64,000 nucleotides of DNA. Origin: Candidatus Poribacteria bacterium (GTDB lineage Bacteria; Poribacteria; WGA-4E; WGA-3G). Position numbers and translations under genes: made by a program. Location of the stretch: assembly GCA_963665235.2 (NCBI GenBank), contig CAXXLX010000002.1, positions 128,001 to 192,000 on the forward strand, written 5' to 3'. The notes under the pieces are model-generated. The model had not been told where the DNA came from. It saw only the letters and a program-made list of their open reading frames with translations, and made no database searches. Each line of letters begins with the position of its first letter. The first letter of the stretch is position 1. This document shows positions 61,460 to 64,000 of the stretch, piece after piece.

Positions 61460-62485
61460 ATGTTAAAAAGAATGGTTCAAGAAAATTTGACCACCAAAAA
61501 CCTCACGCTCTTTTTAATTATACTGCTCTTCCCACTACTGATGGTCGGTCTAGACGCCATTGCTAAGATGTTGTTAAGTACTTATCGTGTTTCCCTGCCG
61601 GTCAGTGGTGGCTTGCTGCTCCGCATCGCTGTGCTTGTATGGCTTTCTATTCTGCTTTCTATCGGCTTGAACATCGTTTGCGGATTTACCGGGCTGTTAG
61701 ACCTCGGATATGTTGGGTTTTACCTCGTCGGGGGATACACCGCAGGGATTTTAATGACACGGTTCGGTTGGAGCTATTGGTTTGTCCTCCCACTTGCTAC
61801 GCTGAACGGTGCCTTGTGGGGGTTATTACGAGGTGTCCCAACCTTACGGCTCACCGGCGATTATTTTGCTATTGTAACCTTCGGGTTTGCAGAGCTCCTT
61901 TTTCGCTTCGTCAAAAACGAAGAATGGTTATTACCTGCAGGTAGAGTTAACGGACAAATTAACGATGTCCCCGCGCCAACGCTTTTCGGTATAAATCTCG
62001 ATCAGATGTGGCACCACTACTATCATATTTTGATTTTGGTTGGCTTAGTGACGTTTGTGACGTATCGCTTACTCCATTCGCGTGTCGGAAGAGCCTGGGT
62101 CGCTATCCGCGAAGATGAACAAGCCGCTGAAAGTATGGGAATTAATGTGAGTCGATATAAATCGTTGGCGTTCGCTGTCAGTGCAGCTATTGGCGCGCTC
62201 GCCGGGGCATTTTTTGCGCCCTTCCAGGTCAGTTTTGACGCAAATGCTTTTGAATTCTGGCAATCTATTCTCATTCTGTGTATGGTCGTACTCGGCGGTA
62301 TGGGGAGTATAAAAGGCGCGATTATAGGCGGGGCTGTCCTCGGCTCTTTAGGTGAAGTTCTGCGCGCAATTCTTTCGGCCTTGTCCTTGTACTTCTTAGC
62401 GGATGCACGCTACCTCATCTTCGGTATTATCCTAGTTTTGCTGATGCGTTTCCGTCCCGGTGGGCTGATTTACAAGAAGGCTTGA
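61460..62485 (+). CDS. livM: Branched-chain amino acid ABC permease
   Basis: GLLDLGYVGF, LRLTGDYFAIVT, GRAWVAIREDE. Confidence 0.92.
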   Translation: MLKRMVQENLTTKNLTLFLIILLFPLLMVGLDAIAKMLLSTYRVSLPVSGGLLLRIAVLVWLSILLSIGLNIVCGFTGLLDLGYVGFYLVGGYTAGILMTRFGWSYWFVLPLATLNGALWGLLRGVPTLRLTGDYFAIVTFGFAELLFRFVKNEEWLLPAGRVNGQINDVPAPTLFGINLDQMWHHYYHILILVGLVTFVTYRLLHSRVGRAWVAIREDEQAAESMGINVSRYKSLAFAVSAAIGALAGAFFAPFQVSFDANAFEFWQSILILCMVVLGGMGSIKGAIIGGAVLGSLGEVLRAILSALSLYFLADARYLIFGIILVLLMRFRPGGLIYKKA

Positions 62486-62602
62486 ATTCGGCATCTCACT
62501 TCTATCTTCCTATCTTCTGTAGGAGCGTGCTGTGCACGCGACCTCTTCTGTAGGACCGTGCTGCTTATCCCAATACCGAAAAAACGTTATAACCCGGCAC
62601 GC

Positions 62603-63625
62603 CTACCCGCTCTGCCGATTCAACCATCTCTGAAGCAGCAATTCCCCCACCAGTAAAATGAGTGCTGCCCCGACAAACCACTGAAACCTCTCCTTATACG
62701 CACCATCCGCCCGAATTCTGAATTTCTGTTTTTCAAGCCGTGATAGTGCTGTCGTCAGCTCAGCAATTCCCTCGTTCGCATGATAATAGGCACCATCTCC
62801 CGCCTTAGCAATGTCCTGCAAACGTGTCTCGTCCAACGTCGTCAGCACCACCTGCCCATTGACATTCCGCTTATATCCTGAACTTTCGCCTATAAGCGGA
62901 ATAGGGGCTGGCAACCCAGGGGTTCCAACACCGACACAATAGATATAGACACCTTCCCGATGTGCAGCTTTTGCCGCTTCGACCGCCTCCTCCCCGTGGT
63001 CCTCACCATCTGTCCAAAGAATTAACGCCTTCTGCCCGCCCAGATTACTGGCACTCCCTGTTGACAACTGGTCCCGGGGCGTAATGAGCCGCGCCGTTGC
63101 GGTTTCAATTGCATGACCGATGCGGGTACCGCTGTGACTGAGCGTTTCCGCTGTTGTTGCCTCCAAAAATTCTTTGAGTGTTGCCGTATCTGTCGTCAAG
63201 GGGCACACCACGAAGCTCGCCTCCGCAAAATGAAGCAATCCGATTCGGTCCCCCTGCAGCCTTTCTATCAACGAGTTCATGGCAGTTTTAGCAACGTGTA
63301 ACCGATTCGGTTTCATATCTGCTGCCAGCATACTCGTTGAAATATCAAGTGCAAGTATGATATCCAATCTTTCCACAGCCGGTTCCGGTTTCATCCCAAA
63401 CTGCGGCCGCGCGATAGCCAGCGTGACGAAAAGAGTGCTCAATATCAGTAAACCGGCTTGAACTTGGTGCAGACGTAGATGCAAAGGGTTGGGATTGCTG
63501 TGGAATTGGAGCAGTGCTTTCCATTTCTGGCGCACCCCAAACAGCAGCAGCAGAATGAGAAGCAGCAGCCCTATCGTTAAAAAAAAGAGAAATTCCGGAT
63601 GCTCAAAACGAAATTTTTGAATCAT
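62603..63625 (-). CDS. VWA domain protein, BatB-like
   Basis: LARPQ-like motif, DISTSM MIDAS, CPLTTD, TDGEDH, ERFQW; start moved to 63625 because the upstream extension lies in a MITE. Confidence 0.87.
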   Translation of the reverse strand: MIQKFRFEHPEFLFFLTIGLLLLILLLLFGVRQKWKALLQFHSNPNPLHLRLHQVQAGLLILSTLFVTLAIARPQFGMKPEPAVERLDIILALDISTSMLAADMKPNRLHVAKTAMNSLIERLQGDRIGLLHFAEASFVVCPLTTDTATLKEFLEATTAETLSHSGTRIGHAIETATARLITPRDQLSTGSASNLGGQKALILWTDGEDHGEEAVEAAKAAHREGVYIYCVGVGTPGLPAPIPLIGESSGYKRNVNGQVVLTTLDETRLQDIAKAGDGAYYHANEGIAELTTALSRLEKQKFRIRADGAYKERFQWFVGAALILLVGELLLQRWLNRQSG

Positions 63626-63641
63626 TAGTTTAGTAATTATA

Positions 63642-63887
63642 ACGTGAGCTTGATAATAAATGTCCGCTTGCACTAACCTCTATAAATATATCGTCCCTAC
63701 GGGACTAAGACCCCGCGGAAACCGATGCTTCTATAAATATATCGTCCCTATGGAACTAACCAGTATTCGGGCAAGCAGGCTGGTCAGCATTACCCAGCAG
63801 CGTCATCGGATTTTCCTATGGGACTAACCAGTATTCGGGCAAGCAGCCCGCTCTTCATACTAGGGAAAACTTTTTTCAAACTCACGT
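63642..63887. mobile_element. MITE copy 4
   Basis: Same TIRs; taattata duplicated on both sides. Confidence 0.87.
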
Positions 63888-64000
63888 TAATTATAGATAT
63901 CACTATATTTCTTGCTAATTGCCAATCGCCAATCGCCAATTGCCAATGACTACGACAAAATAGAGTTCCGGACGCGTTCGAAAATTTCAAAGGCGTAATC

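Noticed and set aside
1-64000. tRNA, rRNA or riboswitch genes
   Set aside because: None recognised by eye; covariance-model searches were not run.

Overview
Bacterial chromosomal window whose gene content points to Candidatus Poribacteria (inference: five PhyH dioxygenases, LamG proteins with a C-terminal KLxxTW motif, a dockerin plus FlgD-like C-terminal protein, a WD40 protein, GTAG-REP-rich intergenic DNA). The centre is a type I-B CRISPR-Cas locus on the minus strand (cas6-cas8/cst1-cas7-cas5-cas3-[cas4'-leader-miniarray-'cas1]-cas2-leader) followed by a ~15.8 kb array of roughly 200 repeats (estimated from length, not counted) interrupted by two IS630 elements and two ISAs1 remnants. The most striking feature is that a second leader plus a 2-spacer mini-array replaces most of cas4 and the 5' half of cas1 at microhomology junctions. 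In addition Cas3 carries an in-frame REP duplication, cas8 is frameshifted but keeps an intact internal Cas11 ORF, and Cas5 ends in a clamp-binding-like motif. An IsrB (OMEGA) element sits cleanly in a LamG gene, so its guide and an ATGA TAM can be read from the flanks. An Rpn nuclease gene and a type III R-M locus are internally deleted. Intergenic DNA is a mosaic of nested MITEs and REP tandems. All calls are by eye, no searches were run, and several anomalies could be assembly artefacts.
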